Shown piece by piece: positions 45,965 to 55,577 of a DNA stretch of 64,000 nt (position 1 is its first letter; each line of letters opens with the position of its first letter). The translations under genes were made by a program, and so were the position numbers. Source of the stretch: Pedosphaera sp. (GTDB lineage: Bacteria; Verrucomicrobiota; Verrucomicrobiia; Limisphaerales; SIBH01); NCBI GenBank assembly GCA_031414955.1, contig JANOQV010000105.1, positions 40,653-104,652 on the forward strand, read 5' to 3'. A model generated the notes under the pieces. It had not been told where the DNA came from. It was given only the letters and a program-made list of their open reading frames with translations, and ran no database searches.

Positions 45965-47446
45965 ATGGAATACGAATCCGTTATCGGGCTGGAGACACAC
46001 GTCCAGCTCAAAACCAAGTCGAAGATGTGGTGCGGGTGCGCGAATGCGTTTGGCGCGGACCCAAACACTAACGTCTGCCCGGTCTGCCTCGGAATGCCGG
46101 GCGTGCTGCCGGTCGCAAACGACGAGGCCATGCGCCTGACCGTGCTCACTGGCTATTTGCTGAATTGTGAGATCCCACGCTTCGCCAAGTTTGACCGCAA
46201 AAACTATTTCTATCCCGACGTGGCCAAGAATTATCAGGTCACCCAGTACGACGCACCGAGCACGAAGAACGGCTTCGTGGAGTTTGAATTTAACGGCGGC
46301 ATGTCACGGCTAAACATCACGCGCGCGCACCTCGAGGAAGACGTGGGCAAGAATTCTCACTTCGACCGCACCAGCGGCGTGGACTTCAACCGCGCCGGCG
46401 TGCCGCTGCTTGAAATTGTTTCCGAGCCGGAGTTGACCAGCGCAGACCAGGCTTACGCCTATCTCAACGCCCTCAAGGACATCCTCATCTACGGCGGCAT
46501 CAGCGACTGCGACATGGAGAAGGGCATGGTGCGCTGCGACGTGAATATCAGCGTGCGGCCCAAGGGGCAGAAGGAGCTGGGGGCCAAGATCGAGATCAAG
46601 AACATGAACAGCTTCAGCGGCGTGCGCCGCGCGGCGGAGTACGAGATCGCGCGCCAGATCGAAGTCGTGTCCAAGGGCGGCAAGCTCATGCAATCCACGC
46701 GCCGCTGGGATGACGTGGCGGGCCTCACCGAGGAAATGCGGACGAAGGAGAGCGCGCACGACTACCGCTACCTGCCCGAGCCGGATCTGATGCCGTTCAA
46801 GCCCACCGACGCCTGGCTGGCCCTAGTGAAGTCGCGCGTGGTGGAGTTGCCACTGGCCCGCAAGCAACGGTTCACCACCGCGTATCAGTTGCCGCCGCAG
46901 GACGCGCAGACCTTCGTGGATGACGTGCCGCTGGGGAATTATTTCGAGGACATCGCGAGACAGTCGAAGTCGCCGAAGGCCGTGGCGAACTGGGTCATCA
47001 ACAACCTGCGGGCGAAGATCACCGAGGCGAACACCGCCGAGAGAACCGAGCAGGCGGCGGTGGGATTGGATGCGACGGAGATGACGCTGACCACGCTCGC
47101 GACGTTGGAGTTCAAACCCGAAGCCTTGCTCGAACTCGTCGCACTGGTGGAGAGCAAAGCCATCAGCAACTCCGCAGCGCAGCAGGTCTTCGCCGAGATG
47201 TTCGAGAGCGGCAAAGCCCCCGCTGTCATCGTGCAGGAAATGGGACTGGCCCAAGTCAGCGACACCGGTGCCATCGAGAAGTTTTGCGACGAGGCCATCG
47301 CGGCGAATCCCAATCCCGTCGCGGACTACAGGGCGGGCAAGGTGGCCGCGCTCAATTCGCTCAAGGGCCAGGTGATGAAACTGAGCAAGGGCAAGGCAAA
47401 CCCGGCACTGGTCGGGGAGATTTTGGAACGGAAGTTGAAGGCCTAA
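45965..47446 (+). CDS. gatB: Asp/Glu-tRNA amidotransferase subunit B
   Basis: IGLETHVQL, CPVCLGMPG, RKNYFYPD, HLEEDVG, NRAG.PLLEIVSEP and RCDVNISVR. Confidence 0.97.
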   Translation: MEYESVIGLETHVQLKTKSKMWCGCANAFGADPNTNVCPVCLGMPGVLPVANDEAMRLTVLTGYLLNCEIPRFAKFDRKNYFYPDVAKNYQVTQYDAPSTKNGFVEFEFNGGMSRLNITRAHLEEDVGKNSHFDRTSGVDFNRAGVPLLEIVSEPELTSADQAYAYLNALKDILIYGGISDCDMEKGMVRCDVNISVRPKGQKELGAKIEIKNMNSFSGVRRAAEYEIARQIEVVSKGGKLMQSTRRWDDVAGLTEEMRTKESAHDYRYLPEPDLMPFKPTDAWLALVKSRVVELPLARKQRFTTAYQLPPQDAQTFVDDVPLGNYFEDIARQSKSPKAVANWVINNLRAKITEANTAERTEQAAVGLDATEMTLTTLATLEFKPEALLELVALVESKAISNSAAQQVFAEMFESGKAPAVIVQEMGLAQVSDTGAIEKFCDEAIAANPNPVADYRAGKVAALNSLKGQVMKLSKGKANPALVGEILERKLKA

Positions 47447-47461
47447 CGGCCTCCCAAGAGT

Positions 47462-48304
47462 TCATGGGCCGCGCCGAACCTCGCTCGGAGCCACCCATCG
47501 CGCCAGGAAACGGCAGAGCATCAGCATCGCGCCCAGGGTGCAGACCACGGCCGCCCCGGTCGGAAGATCAAGTTGGTATGAGAGTCCCAAGCCTCCCACG
47601 CTGGCCAGCGTGGCCGCCCCCCAGCCCAAGAGCAGCCGGCGACCTAGAGATCCGGCCAGATAAGTGGCGCAGGCGGCCGGCACGATGAGATACGAAAACA
47701 CCAGCAGCACTCCGCCCACCTGCACAAAGCTGGTCACGATCAGGCCAAACAGCGCGTAGAATAAAAAGTCCCAGAGCAAGATCTTGAAGCTGCGCTGCTC
47801 CAGATGATGCGTGTCAAAAGAAAGCGCGATAAACTGCCGGCGAAAAATAAAATGCACCACAGCAATGACCGCGTAGAGACCAGCCGTCTTCCAAATACGC
47901 GGCCAGCTCACGGTGAGCAGGTCGCCGACGAGCGTCTTTTGCAATTCCTCCTTGCCGTGCGGACTCTTGCTCAACAACAGAATGCCGGCCGCCGCCGCGA
48001 CCACGTAGATGATGCCGATGAGCGCCTCCTGCGGCACCTTCGCCCCGCGGCGCGGACGCGTAAACGTGAAGAGCAGCGCCCCCGCCAGGGTGAATCCGAG
48101 CGACCAGAAGAAGTTGTGGATGTCATCCGCCTCGTGGCCGAAGTAAAGGCAGACGCAGGTGCCGAGAATCGCCACCTGCGCCAGGGCCAGATCCACGAAG
48201 ATGACTTCGCGCCGGATGATGTGCAGTCCGTAATAGACGAGGAGACCCGGCAGCAGCAGGCACGCGACGAGCGGCGCGAGCATCACCTGGAGCATTTCGT
48301 TCAT
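47462..48304 (-). CDS. Metal (Zn/Mn-type) ABC transporter permease
   Basis: RREVIFVDLALAQ.A.LG, EALIGIIY, L.GDLL and GVLLVFSYLIVPA. Confidence 0.9.
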   Translation of the reverse strand: MNEMLQVMLAPLVACLLLPGLLVYYGLHIIRREVIFVDLALAQVAILGTCVCLYFGHEADDIHNFFWSLGFTLAGALLFTFTRPRRGAKVPQEALIGIIYVVAAAAGILLLSKSPHGKEELQKTLVGDLLTVSWPRIWKTAGLYAVIAVVHFIFRRQFIALSFDTHHLEQRSFKILLWDFLFYALFGLIVTSFVQVGGVLLVFSYLIVPAACATYLAGSLGRRLLLGWGAATLASVGGLGLSYQLDLPTGAAVVCTLGAMLMLCRFLARWVAPSEVRRGP

Positions 48305-48334
48305 GGAGAAATTTGGGTTGGAGTTTTGGGCAAA

Positions 48335-49240
48335 CTATTTTTCCGCCAGCGCAGCCGCGAGCGAGTTGACCAGGTAATCCATCATCTGGAGATAGCCGCC
48401 TTCGGTGCCCTTCTGGCCGCCGGGAAACTGCGTGACTGGCACCACCGTGGCTCCCGTGGCCTTGGCCACCGTGTCCGCCGTCTTTCGATCCAGAAAGGGG
48501 TCGTGAAGAATGGCGCGCACTTTTTGCTCCTTCATTTTGGAGATCACGCCCGCCAGATGCGCGGGTGAAGGCGGAATGCCGGGCTTGGGCTCCAGGAAGA
48601 GATTCATCTCCAACTCAAACCGCCGGGCGAAGTACGGCCAGGAATTGTGATAAGCGACCACCTTGGCGCCCTTGAAGGGAGCGAGTTTCGCCCGCCAATG
48701 GGCCAGCTTTTCCTCAAGCTGGGCGGTGAACCTGGTCTCGTTGGCGCGGTACTTGTGCGCCGAACCTGTGTCCAGTCGGGCGAAGGCCTCGGCGATGTTG
48801 TGGGCTACGATCCTGGCGTTCTCGGGATCGACCAGGTAGTGCGGATTGCCCGCCGCGTGAATGTCGCCCTTGGCCCGATCCAGACTGGCCGGCACCTCCA
48901 GCATGTTCACGCCGCCGCGGCAACGAACATCGCCCGGCGCGCCGGGGGCAATTCTCGGGTTGCGCGTTCCGGCCACCAGCGCGGGCAGCCAGCCATTCTC
49001 CAGCTCTGCCCCGCCCTGCAACAACGCATCCGCCTTGTTCAACCTCACGATGAAGCTCGGCTTGGCATCGATGAAGTGCGCGTCCTCGCTGGGACGCGCC
49101 AGGGCGGTGACCTCGACGTCCGGCCCGCCGATCTCCTGCGCGAGCGCCGCCAGATCCGGCGTGCTGGCCACGACGTTCAACTTGGCCTGCGCACTCGCCG
49201 TGACGGCCAGCGCCAAAAAAGTTGTCCAAAATGTTTTCAT
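48335..49240 (-). CDS. Metal ABC transporter substrate-binding protein (ZnuA/TroA-like)
   Basis: VVASTPDL, EDAHF, GDIH..GNPHY, YHNSWPYF and EPKPGIPPS..HL. Confidence 0.9.
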   Translation of the reverse strand: MKTFWTTFLALAVTASAQAKLNVVASTPDLAALAQEIGGPDVEVTALARPSEDAHFIDAKPSFIVRLNKADALLQGGAELENGWLPALVAGTRNPRIAPGAPGDVRCRGGVNMLEVPASLDRAKGDIHAAGNPHYLVDPENARIVAHNIAEAFARLDTGSAHKYRANETRFTAQLEEKLAHWRAKLAPFKGAKVVAYHNSWPYFARRFELEMNLFLEPKPGIPPSPAHLAGVISKMKEQKVRAILHDPFLDRKTADTVAKATGATVVPVTQFPGGQKGTEGGYLQMMDYLVNSLAAALAEK

Positions 49241-49252
49241 GGTCGTGCCTCT

Positions 49253-50812
49253 TTAGAATTTATGCACCGCGTGCGCGCCGAGCAGAAATTCGAACTGCAG
49301 CCAGATCGAATGATCCACGCCGGAGCCGCGCCGGTCATCGTAATTGTATTGGAGCCGAATTTTCGAGAACTCCGTTGGATACCAGGTCAGGTCGGGGGAA
49401 ATGCGCCAGCGTTGATCCCGTTGCGGGTCGCGGCCCAAAGTCTGGCCATCCAGAGTCAATGGAGTTCGCTCGTAGGCCCCACGTTCGCCGGTCACGAAAT
49501 CAGCCCGCAACCCCGCCACCCAGCCGGGACGAAAGCCATAGAGCACCTGTGAGTAGAAACCCCAGTCCGTCACGGTCTCACGCCGGAGCAGGGCCGGACC
49601 ACCCGTGACGGCGTTGGCCAATTCACCGTCATCGGCGAGACCGTTACCATTTTCGTCCCAGTCAAACGCTCCCAACTGGTAGCGCCGCAGCATCGCTTCC
49701 GTCTGCCAGGAGAGGAACGGAAACCCGGCGTGGGCGTTGGCCGGTTTCCATTTCCAGTAGGCATCCACGCCGTAAATCTGCGTGGCGGTGTCGCCGCGTG
49801 CCCCGCTGCTGTTCGGGCCGAACGCCCCCGACGCGCCCAACAAGATCGTTTGCTGTTCCGTGAGTTCGAACGAAGTCGAAAGCCGGGGCGTGAACAGCAG
49901 ATCGTCCAGTCCCTGCACTCCGCGATCGTTGTCCGGATGGCGATAACCGAACGGCAGACCGTCCTCCGCGCCGTCTCCATGACCTTGGCCGCCGCTGCGG
50001 AAACTCGCCGCCGTCTCCCCGTGGCTGTTCTGAACGCCCAGCGCCAGTTCGGTATAGAAGGGCGTCGGCGCGAGCCACGAGATCCGCGCTCCGGGATTGC
50101 GCAGACCGTCGGCGCCGAAAAAGCGACCGTTTACCAGCGGTTGGTCGACGAAGGCCCAGGTGTGCGGATGCTGCGGGTTGAGACGGCCAAACTCGGTGAA
50201 GTATTGCCCGGCCTTCACTTGCAGATTCCACGGCAGCGCCACCGTCTCCAGGTAGGCTTCCTCCGCTTCGATGATCGTTTCGCCATCAGGATCGATCTGC
50301 AACACGATGTTGGCCTGGCCGCGAAAATATGGGTCAACCGCGCCCGCGAAGGTCGTCTCCAGATTTTGCACGGTGAAGCCGCGTTGCTTGGGATCGTGCC
50401 CGCCGGGCTGCAAAGTTTCGATGTCATTTGCCGTCGAGGCTCCCGCCGCGAACAAGGCGTCGAAAGATATGTTCAGGTAACTCTGCGCGCCGCCCAGCAG
50501 GCGAATGGGATCCGAAGGCGACCAGGCCTTTCCGACCGGAGCCGGGCCGCCTCCCGATCCTGGAGGCAGTCCGCCGGCCAGCATCGTTCTCCGCAACTCG
50601 GCCTGCTGGTTCGTGACCGCCGCCTGTTGTGCTTCGAGCGCATTCACCTTCTTCGTCAGCGCGTCGATGACCTGGCGTTGCTGGTCCATCGCCTTCTGGA
50701 AGTTTTCTGCGGCTTCCTTCAACTGACGCTTCACCGCTTCCAACTCACTCACTTGCGCGGGCAGCAGCGCCGCGCTTAAACAAACCCATCCGATGATAAA
50801 TAACTTTTTCAT
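49253..50812 (-). CDS. Outer-membrane beta-barrel, metal-uptake-associated porin-like protein
   Basis: Signal peptide, N-terminal coiled coil, GGHDP, VDPYF, EEAY, FGRLNPQHPH and C-terminal SEFS-like TEFSKIRLQY...LGAHAVHKF. Confidence 0.8.
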   Translation of the reverse strand: MKKLFIIGWVCLSAALLPAQVSELEAVKRQLKEAAENFQKAMDQQRQVIDALTKKVNALEAQQAAVTNQQAELRRTMLAGGLPPGSGGGPAPVGKAWSPSDPIRLLGGAQSYLNISFDALFAAGASTANDIETLQPGGHDPKQRGFTVQNLETTFAGAVDPYFRGQANIVLQIDPDGETIIEAEEAYLETVALPWNLQVKAGQYFTEFGRLNPQHPHTWAFVDQPLVNGRFFGADGLRNPGARISWLAPTPFYTELALGVQNSHGETAASFRSGGQGHGDGAEDGLPFGYRHPDNDRGVQGLDDLLFTPRLSTSFELTEQQTILLGASGAFGPNSSGARGDTATQIYGVDAYWKWKPANAHAGFPFLSWQTEAMLRRYQLGAFDWDENGNGLADDGELANAVTGGPALLRRETVTDWGFYSQVLYGFRPGWVAGLRADFVTGERGAYERTPLTLDGQTLGRDPQRDQRWRISPDLTWYPTEFSKIRLQYNYDDRRGSGVDHSIWLQFEFLLGAHAVHKF

Positions 50813-51041
50813 TTTCCTGTCCTGTAATTGGCGTTCAGCACAATGGCTGACGCGGTTAAACGCATTTCCAATTCTGCGGAGATGGGAATCAACTCCACGG
50901 CAACGCGGGGATTCGGAGCAACTGACGAACGGAAAGAGCCTGGAACGGCTTGCGGTGCGACCGGGGCCGCGCTCCGATGCGTCGTCCGTCTAACTTCGGT
51001 GGTGGAAAATGCTCACACCGCCGGGCCGACGGATGGCGAAC

Positions 51042-51365
51042 TCAGGACAGGCTGGGGGGACCGCGCTCGGGATGAAGCGCGACATCGTGCGAGATGAAAA
51101 ACGATTCAAACGGGAGCGCTGAAACGGCCGCGGCGACCGTCTCCGGCACCGACGACGGCCCCACGCTCTCCAATTGCGTGTGCCCCTGATCCAGCGCGGA
51201 GACAAGGCAGTAATGCGTGGGCGACTGGTGATCAGAATGCAGCCAGGCGTGCAACTCGGGACAGGCACTGGCCAGAACCGACGCACAGAGCAGGAACAAC
51301 AGCCCGCCGGTCATCACCAGCTTGACTGAAGCCCGCCAACTTGCGGCTGTTCGTGTAGTCATCAT
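51042..51365 (-). CDS. DUF2946/CruR-like His/Cys-rich leader protein ending in RGPP
   Basis: TM helix, CPELHAWLH.DH...HYC and C-terminal ERGPPSLS. Confidence 0.7.
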   Translation of the reverse strand: MMTTRTAASWRASVKLVMTGGLLFLLCASVLASACPELHAWLHSDHQSPTHYCLVSALDQGHTQLESVGPSSVPETVAAAVSALPFESFFISHDVALHPERGPPSLS

Positions 51366-51466
51366 CTCCAGTTACTGAACCAATCTTCTCCGTTAGCGGC
51401 AAGCGCGGATCCAAACTCAAACGATCCTCGGAGGCAACGGCCCGACCCGAACCGGCCTCGCCGGGG

Positions 51467-52789
51467 TTATCGCACGGGGTTGGCAATGCAGAAGAGATGC
51501 TGGTCCGAGCGGATGAAAAATCTGGAGCCTGACACCGCCATGGAGGCCTGGCACTTCTCGCCCAGCGGGTTCCGAGCCAGCACTTTGAACTGTGGCCCCG
51601 CAGCAATCACCGTCGTGTCGCCGGCTTCGGAAAGGAAATAGATTTTGCCCCCGGCGCAGACGGGCGAGGCGCTGAAGTTCCCGCCCACGCGCTCCTGCCA
51701 GACAATTTCGCCGTTGGTGGCGTTGTAGCAGGAGACCATGCCGCTGTCCGTGATGGCGTAGAGATGCGGCCGCGCGAAAATGGGCGAGGGCTGCGTAGGC
51801 ACGCCTTTCTTCTGCTCCCAGACGATGTGCGAGGTGGTCACATCGCCCGTGGCCCCGCCAAGCTTCACAGCGCGCAGGGTGGATTTCTCGAAGCCGGAAG
51901 AAGTGAACACGACGCCGTCGCCGAGCACAGGTGAAGGGGTCACACCTTCGCCTTGGGCGTAAATATGCCAGAGCAGCTCGCCGGTCGCAGGGTTGAACCC
52001 CTGCAAGCGATCCCCCGCCCCGCTGATGATCTGATCCTGCCCGTCCACCTGGGCCAGGACAGAAGTGACATGGGCGATGCGCGACATCCCGCGCCGGCCT
52101 GTCCAGACACGCCGGCCCGTTTTAGTGTCGAGCGCCACGACCAGCGCCTGGTCCCAGGGAATCTGCCAGCCGGTTCGTTCGGTATCGCTGACCTGTGGGT
52201 AATTCCCGGCTGCGGTGACGGGATTGCTGCCGTCGTACGACATGATGAGCAGGCCGCCGTAAAGAATCGGCGAGGCGCCCAGTCCATGCCGGCTGTAGAA
52301 CTGCACCTCGCGATTGGTCCAAACGATCTCCCCCGTCAAGGTGAGCGCGACCACGCCGCCACCGCCAAAGACCGCGAACACATTCCGGCCGTCGGTCGTG
52401 GCGGTGGGCGTGGCGTGGGAATTTTTGCCCTCCTTGCGCCGCGGCTGCTGGTCGAGAACGTGTTTGCTCCAGAGCATTTTTCCGCTGCCGACCTCGACAC
52501 AGTGGACGTGGCACTTGGTGCCGTTGTCCGTGGTGCTGGTGAGGAAGAGTCTCCCCTCCCACACGATGGGGGACGACCAGCCGTCGCCGGGGACGGCGGT
52601 CTTCCAGACGAGATTGGATGTACCACTCCAATTCAGCGGCAGATCCGTTTCAGCGGAGTGACCCTGGCCATTCGGCCCGCGAAAGCGTGGCCAGTTTTCC
52701 CCGGCGAACTTCGGCGGCTGGCTCGTGGACACACAGGAGGTGACCAGCGCCGCACCAAGGCAGAGCGTGAACGCGGTGAATGAGTGCAT
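51467..52789 (-). CDS. PQQ-like beta-propeller repeat protein (BamB-like, PVC type)
   Basis: NWPRFRGPNGQG, GWSSPIV, HG.GASP and FSASPV repeats. Confidence 0.85.
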   Translation of the reverse strand: MHSFTAFTLCLGAALVTSCVSTSQPPKFAGENWPRFRGPNGQGHSAETDLPLNWSGTSNLVWKTAVPGDGWSSPIVWEGRLFLTSTTDNGTKCHVHCVEVGSGKMLWSKHVLDQQPRRKEGKNSHATPTATTDGRNVFAVFGGGGVVALTLTGEIVWTNREVQFYSRHGLGASPILYGGLLIMSYDGSNPVTAAGNYPQVSDTERTGWQIPWDQALVVALDTKTGRRVWTGRRGMSRIAHVTSVLAQVDGQDQIISGAGDRLQGFNPATGELLWHIYAQGEGVTPSPVLGDGVVFTSSGFEKSTLRAVKLGGATGDVTTSHIVWEQKKGVPTQPSPIFARPHLYAITDSGMVSCYNATNGEIVWQERVGGNFSASPVCAGGKIYFLSEAGDTTVIAAGPQFKVLARNPLGEKCQASMAVSGSRFFIRSDQHLFCIANPVR

Positions 52790-52903
52790 GGTGGCCGAGG
52801 CTAGAATGGGCGGGCGGGATTTGCAACTCACAGAAGGACGCTGAGGAGACGGGCCTTCGAAGGAGCGGGTGATGGCACCCGGAACCAGCTCACGGAGGAC
52901 GAA

Positions 52904-53254
52904 CTATTGCGGCACGACTTTGATGGTCCCGGCCTTCGAGTCGTAATCGTATTTCATCCCACGGGGCGCGGGCGGAATCTGGCTGATGTCCCCCTTGGTC
53001 ACGAGTTCGTTCAAGTCCGTGGGGAACCGGCCTTGCTCGGTGTAGAAAGTCTTGAGCGCCTGGTCGAGGCCAACCGTGCTGAGGGTCTTCTGCGCGGACT
53101 GCTGCGCCTTCCCCAATGCGCCCACGTAGTCAGCCGGAGCGGTCAGCGGGTTGCCCGAGGAGGCGCCGGCTGCGGGCGGTGTCTGCTTCTCCTGCTTGCA
53201 GCCCAAGAAAATGAAACAGGCCACCGCGAATAAAAGCGCAAGGCTTGTCTTCAT
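52904..53254 (-). CDS. Lipoprotein with a pseudopilin-like C-terminal motif
   Basis: Lipobox FLGC; LKTFYTEQGRFPTDLNELV.KG...P..P.G..YD. Confidence 0.65.
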   Translation of the reverse strand: MKTSLALLFAVACFIFLGCKQEKQTPPAAGASSGNPLTAPADYVGALGKAQQSAQKTLSTVGLDQALKTFYTEQGRFPTDLNELVTKGDISQIPPAPRGMKYDYDSKAGTIKVVPQ

Positions 53255-53300
53255 GCGGTGGCCTGTCTGTGGAGGCTCCGGTCAAACCGGAGCCGGGCAA

Positions 53301-53459
53301 TTACTTCTTGAGCGCGTCGGTGGCACCCTTGGCGGCGTCGGCGCCAGCGGCCTTCACGTCGGCGGCGGCACCCTCGACCTTCTTCTCGTCGCTCTTCTGG
53401 CAACCGACGAGGACGAACGACACGGTGGCAATCAGGGCCAGGCTAAACAGTTTTTTCAT
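53301..53459 (-). CDS. Small Ala/Lys-rich lipoprotein (52 aa)
   Basis: MKKLFSLALIATVSFVLVGC lipobox followed by an amphipathic tail. Confidence 0.75.
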   Translation of the reverse strand: MKKLFSLALIATVSFVLVGCQKSDEKKVEGAAADVKAAGADAAKGATDALKK

Positions 53460-53829
53460 AATGGTTGTGCTGAGTTTATTTTCCTGGCCGTCCCTGCTTT
53501 CCTGCACTCACAGGCAGCAGTTTCGACTTTAACCGTCAGGGTCGGGCGGCTTCTTAAAATCCGGCCCAGCATCCTGAACTGATTACCCCTGACGGGCAGG
53601 AGAACGCTCTCATGCGGCGCACTGTACAAAAGGCTTCCCTCATGCCAAGCGTTAAAATCACCCCCCGCAGTTCAGGTCGCACCAGGACACTGCGCCTGAA
53701 ATGGCGATGGAGTTCAGGCGGGAAGCCGCGCGCGGAGCCGAGCGGGCCATGAACACGCGCCTAGCGCGCCAGCGGGGTGAGTGCTGGACCGAATTTGAAC
53801 TAGGCACCGCAGCGATACCGCCTGGCGGC

Positions 53830-55491
53830 CTACTTCTTCACCTGCGTCTGCATCCAGAGCAGCCAGTCACCTTCGCTCGGCGTGGGGAATTGCGCGGTGG
53901 TGTCGGTGATGACGGCGACGGCGGCGCTGTTCTCGCCCGTGCGCGGGTTGAACCATTTCACTTCGGGCGAGGGAGGCAGAGCGGTGAGCAGGATCTCAAT
54001 CGTCCGCTCCTCGGGCACATAAACCACGGTCAGATCTTTCTTTTCCGAACGCGCGGCGGCGATGTATTTGCGCGGCGACTGGTTGCCGGGATTGTTCACC
54101 ACGGCTTCAGGCATCGGGCGCAACTGGTTGAACTCGATGGAGGTGAAGAACTTCACGAGATTCGTCATCTGGTCGGCCCCAGGAAGGTGGAGCGCCTTCT
54201 GCCACGGGAGCGGTGTGCCGGTGCCGGGATGGTCGGCCGGCGGCTTGGTGCCGTCGTCCCAACCCCAGACGCCGTGACCTCCGTAGGTCACGCCCGCCGT
54301 GGGAGCGTTCAGCAGCGACCAGTAGAGCGTGCGGCGCACGAGATCGGCGGAGAGCGGTTTCTTCGAGTCGTAGGCGAGATGCCCCTCGTAGGGCGGTTCA
54401 AGATTGATGAGCGGGTGATTGGACTTGTTCCATTCCTGCACGACGGGCCCGCTCGTGAGCCAGCGCAGCGCCTCGTCGCTGTCCCCGTGGCCGCTTTGGT
54501 AGCCGATGATCCCCACCCACTTCTCGTGGTTGAATTCGTTCAGCACCCAGTGGCGTCCCTGCGGATGCATCACCACCGGCGCGTGCGCGATGTCGCCGAA
54601 GATCGCCTGGCCAACGCGCCGCCACTTCGCGCCCTCGCTGCCAAAGTAATGACCGTCACCGCCCAGAATCCACACCACGTCGTTGGCTTGCCAGCGCGCG
54701 ACCATGTAGCGCGCGAGCAGGACGGCCTGATCCTCGGGCAGAAACGCGCCGGGGTTGTGCTCCGCGCTCCCTCCGCCGATGGCCCAGAGCAGCGTCGGCA
54801 CGTTCAGCAGGCCGGCTTTGTTCGCGGCGTCCGCCTTGGCGTCGAGACGACGGAAGAAATCAGGGTTCAGCACGATCTTCTCCTTGCCCGTGAACGCGGC
54901 CTCGCCCTGGGCATCACCCTTGGTTGAAGCCCGCCATTGAGTCGCGACCCATTGCACGGCGGTGAATTGCTGCCGCGCGCGGGATTGCAGATAAAAGCTC
55001 CAGTCGTTCGGAGTGGCCAGCAGCGCGCCGTTCCAAGCGGTGTCGGCCAGCCAGAAGAACGGCGTGCCGTCGTCGTGCTCGAGCGAGGCCTGATCGCGCG
55101 AGACACGCACCGGGCCGTGCTGCTCGAAACGACCCTTGGCCACGGGGGCCGTGCAGAGGAAGGTGCCCGACTGGAGATGCAAGCCGGTGTTCTTCAGGTC
55201 CGAGCAGAGCGTGGCCCAACTCCATTTGCCCGGCATGTTGGGCGCGAAACGCACCCGCCAGGTCTTGCCCCCATCCCAGAAGCCAGGCACGCGGTTGGTC
55301 TCGCCCAGCGGTGAAATAAAAATCGCGTTGAGCGTCGCGTCTTGGATCGGGTTCTCGTATTTGGCGCTGCTCTCAAACGACTGCTCAAAGCGGCTCCACT
55401 TCGAGATCAGCGGTTCGGCGGCGCCCAGCGCCAAGGTAAGAGCGCACACAAAAAGAGCGGCCAGCAGGATGGGAAACGATTTCACTTTCAT
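53830..55491 (-). CDS. DUF5060/DUF4038 apiosidase-like glycoside hydrolase
   Basis: GFWDGGKTWRVRF, PFFWLADTAW, WILGGD, YQSGHG, NLEPPYEG and WFNPRTG. Confidence 0.85.
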   Translation of the reverse strand: MKVKSFPILLAALFVCALTLALGAAEPLISKWSRFEQSFESSAKYENPIQDATLNAIFISPLGETNRVPGFWDGGKTWRVRFAPNMPGKWSWATLCSDLKNTGLHLQSGTFLCTAPVAKGRFEQHGPVRVSRDQASLEHDDGTPFFWLADTAWNGALLATPNDWSFYLQSRARQQFTAVQWVATQWRASTKGDAQGEAAFTGKEKIVLNPDFFRRLDAKADAANKAGLLNVPTLLWAIGGGSAEHNPGAFLPEDQAVLLARYMVARWQANDVVWILGGDGHYFGSEGAKWRRVGQAIFGDIAHAPVVMHPQGRHWVLNEFNHEKWVGIIGYQSGHGDSDEALRWLTSGPVVQEWNKSNHPLINLEPPYEGHLAYDSKKPLSADLVRRTLYWSLLNAPTAGVTYGGHGVWGWDDGTKPPADHPGTGTPLPWQKALHLPGADQMTNLVKFFTSIEFNQLRPMPEAVVNNPGNQSPRKYIAAARSEKKDLTVVYVPEERTIEILLTALPPSPEVKWFNPRTGENSAAVAVITDTTAQFPTPSEGDWLLWMQTQVKK

Positions 55492-55577
55492 AGTCCGTTC
55501 AGAAATTTTGCAGGATGAGACAGGAATTCGGCGGACCTGTCAAACGGGAGGGAGCATCGACGAACCACCATCGCGTC

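Noticed and set aside
47020..47110. Short insertion in the GatB helical domain as a possible intein or mobile insert
   Set aside because: About 20 aa with no intein terminal residues; it looks like a lineage-specific loop.
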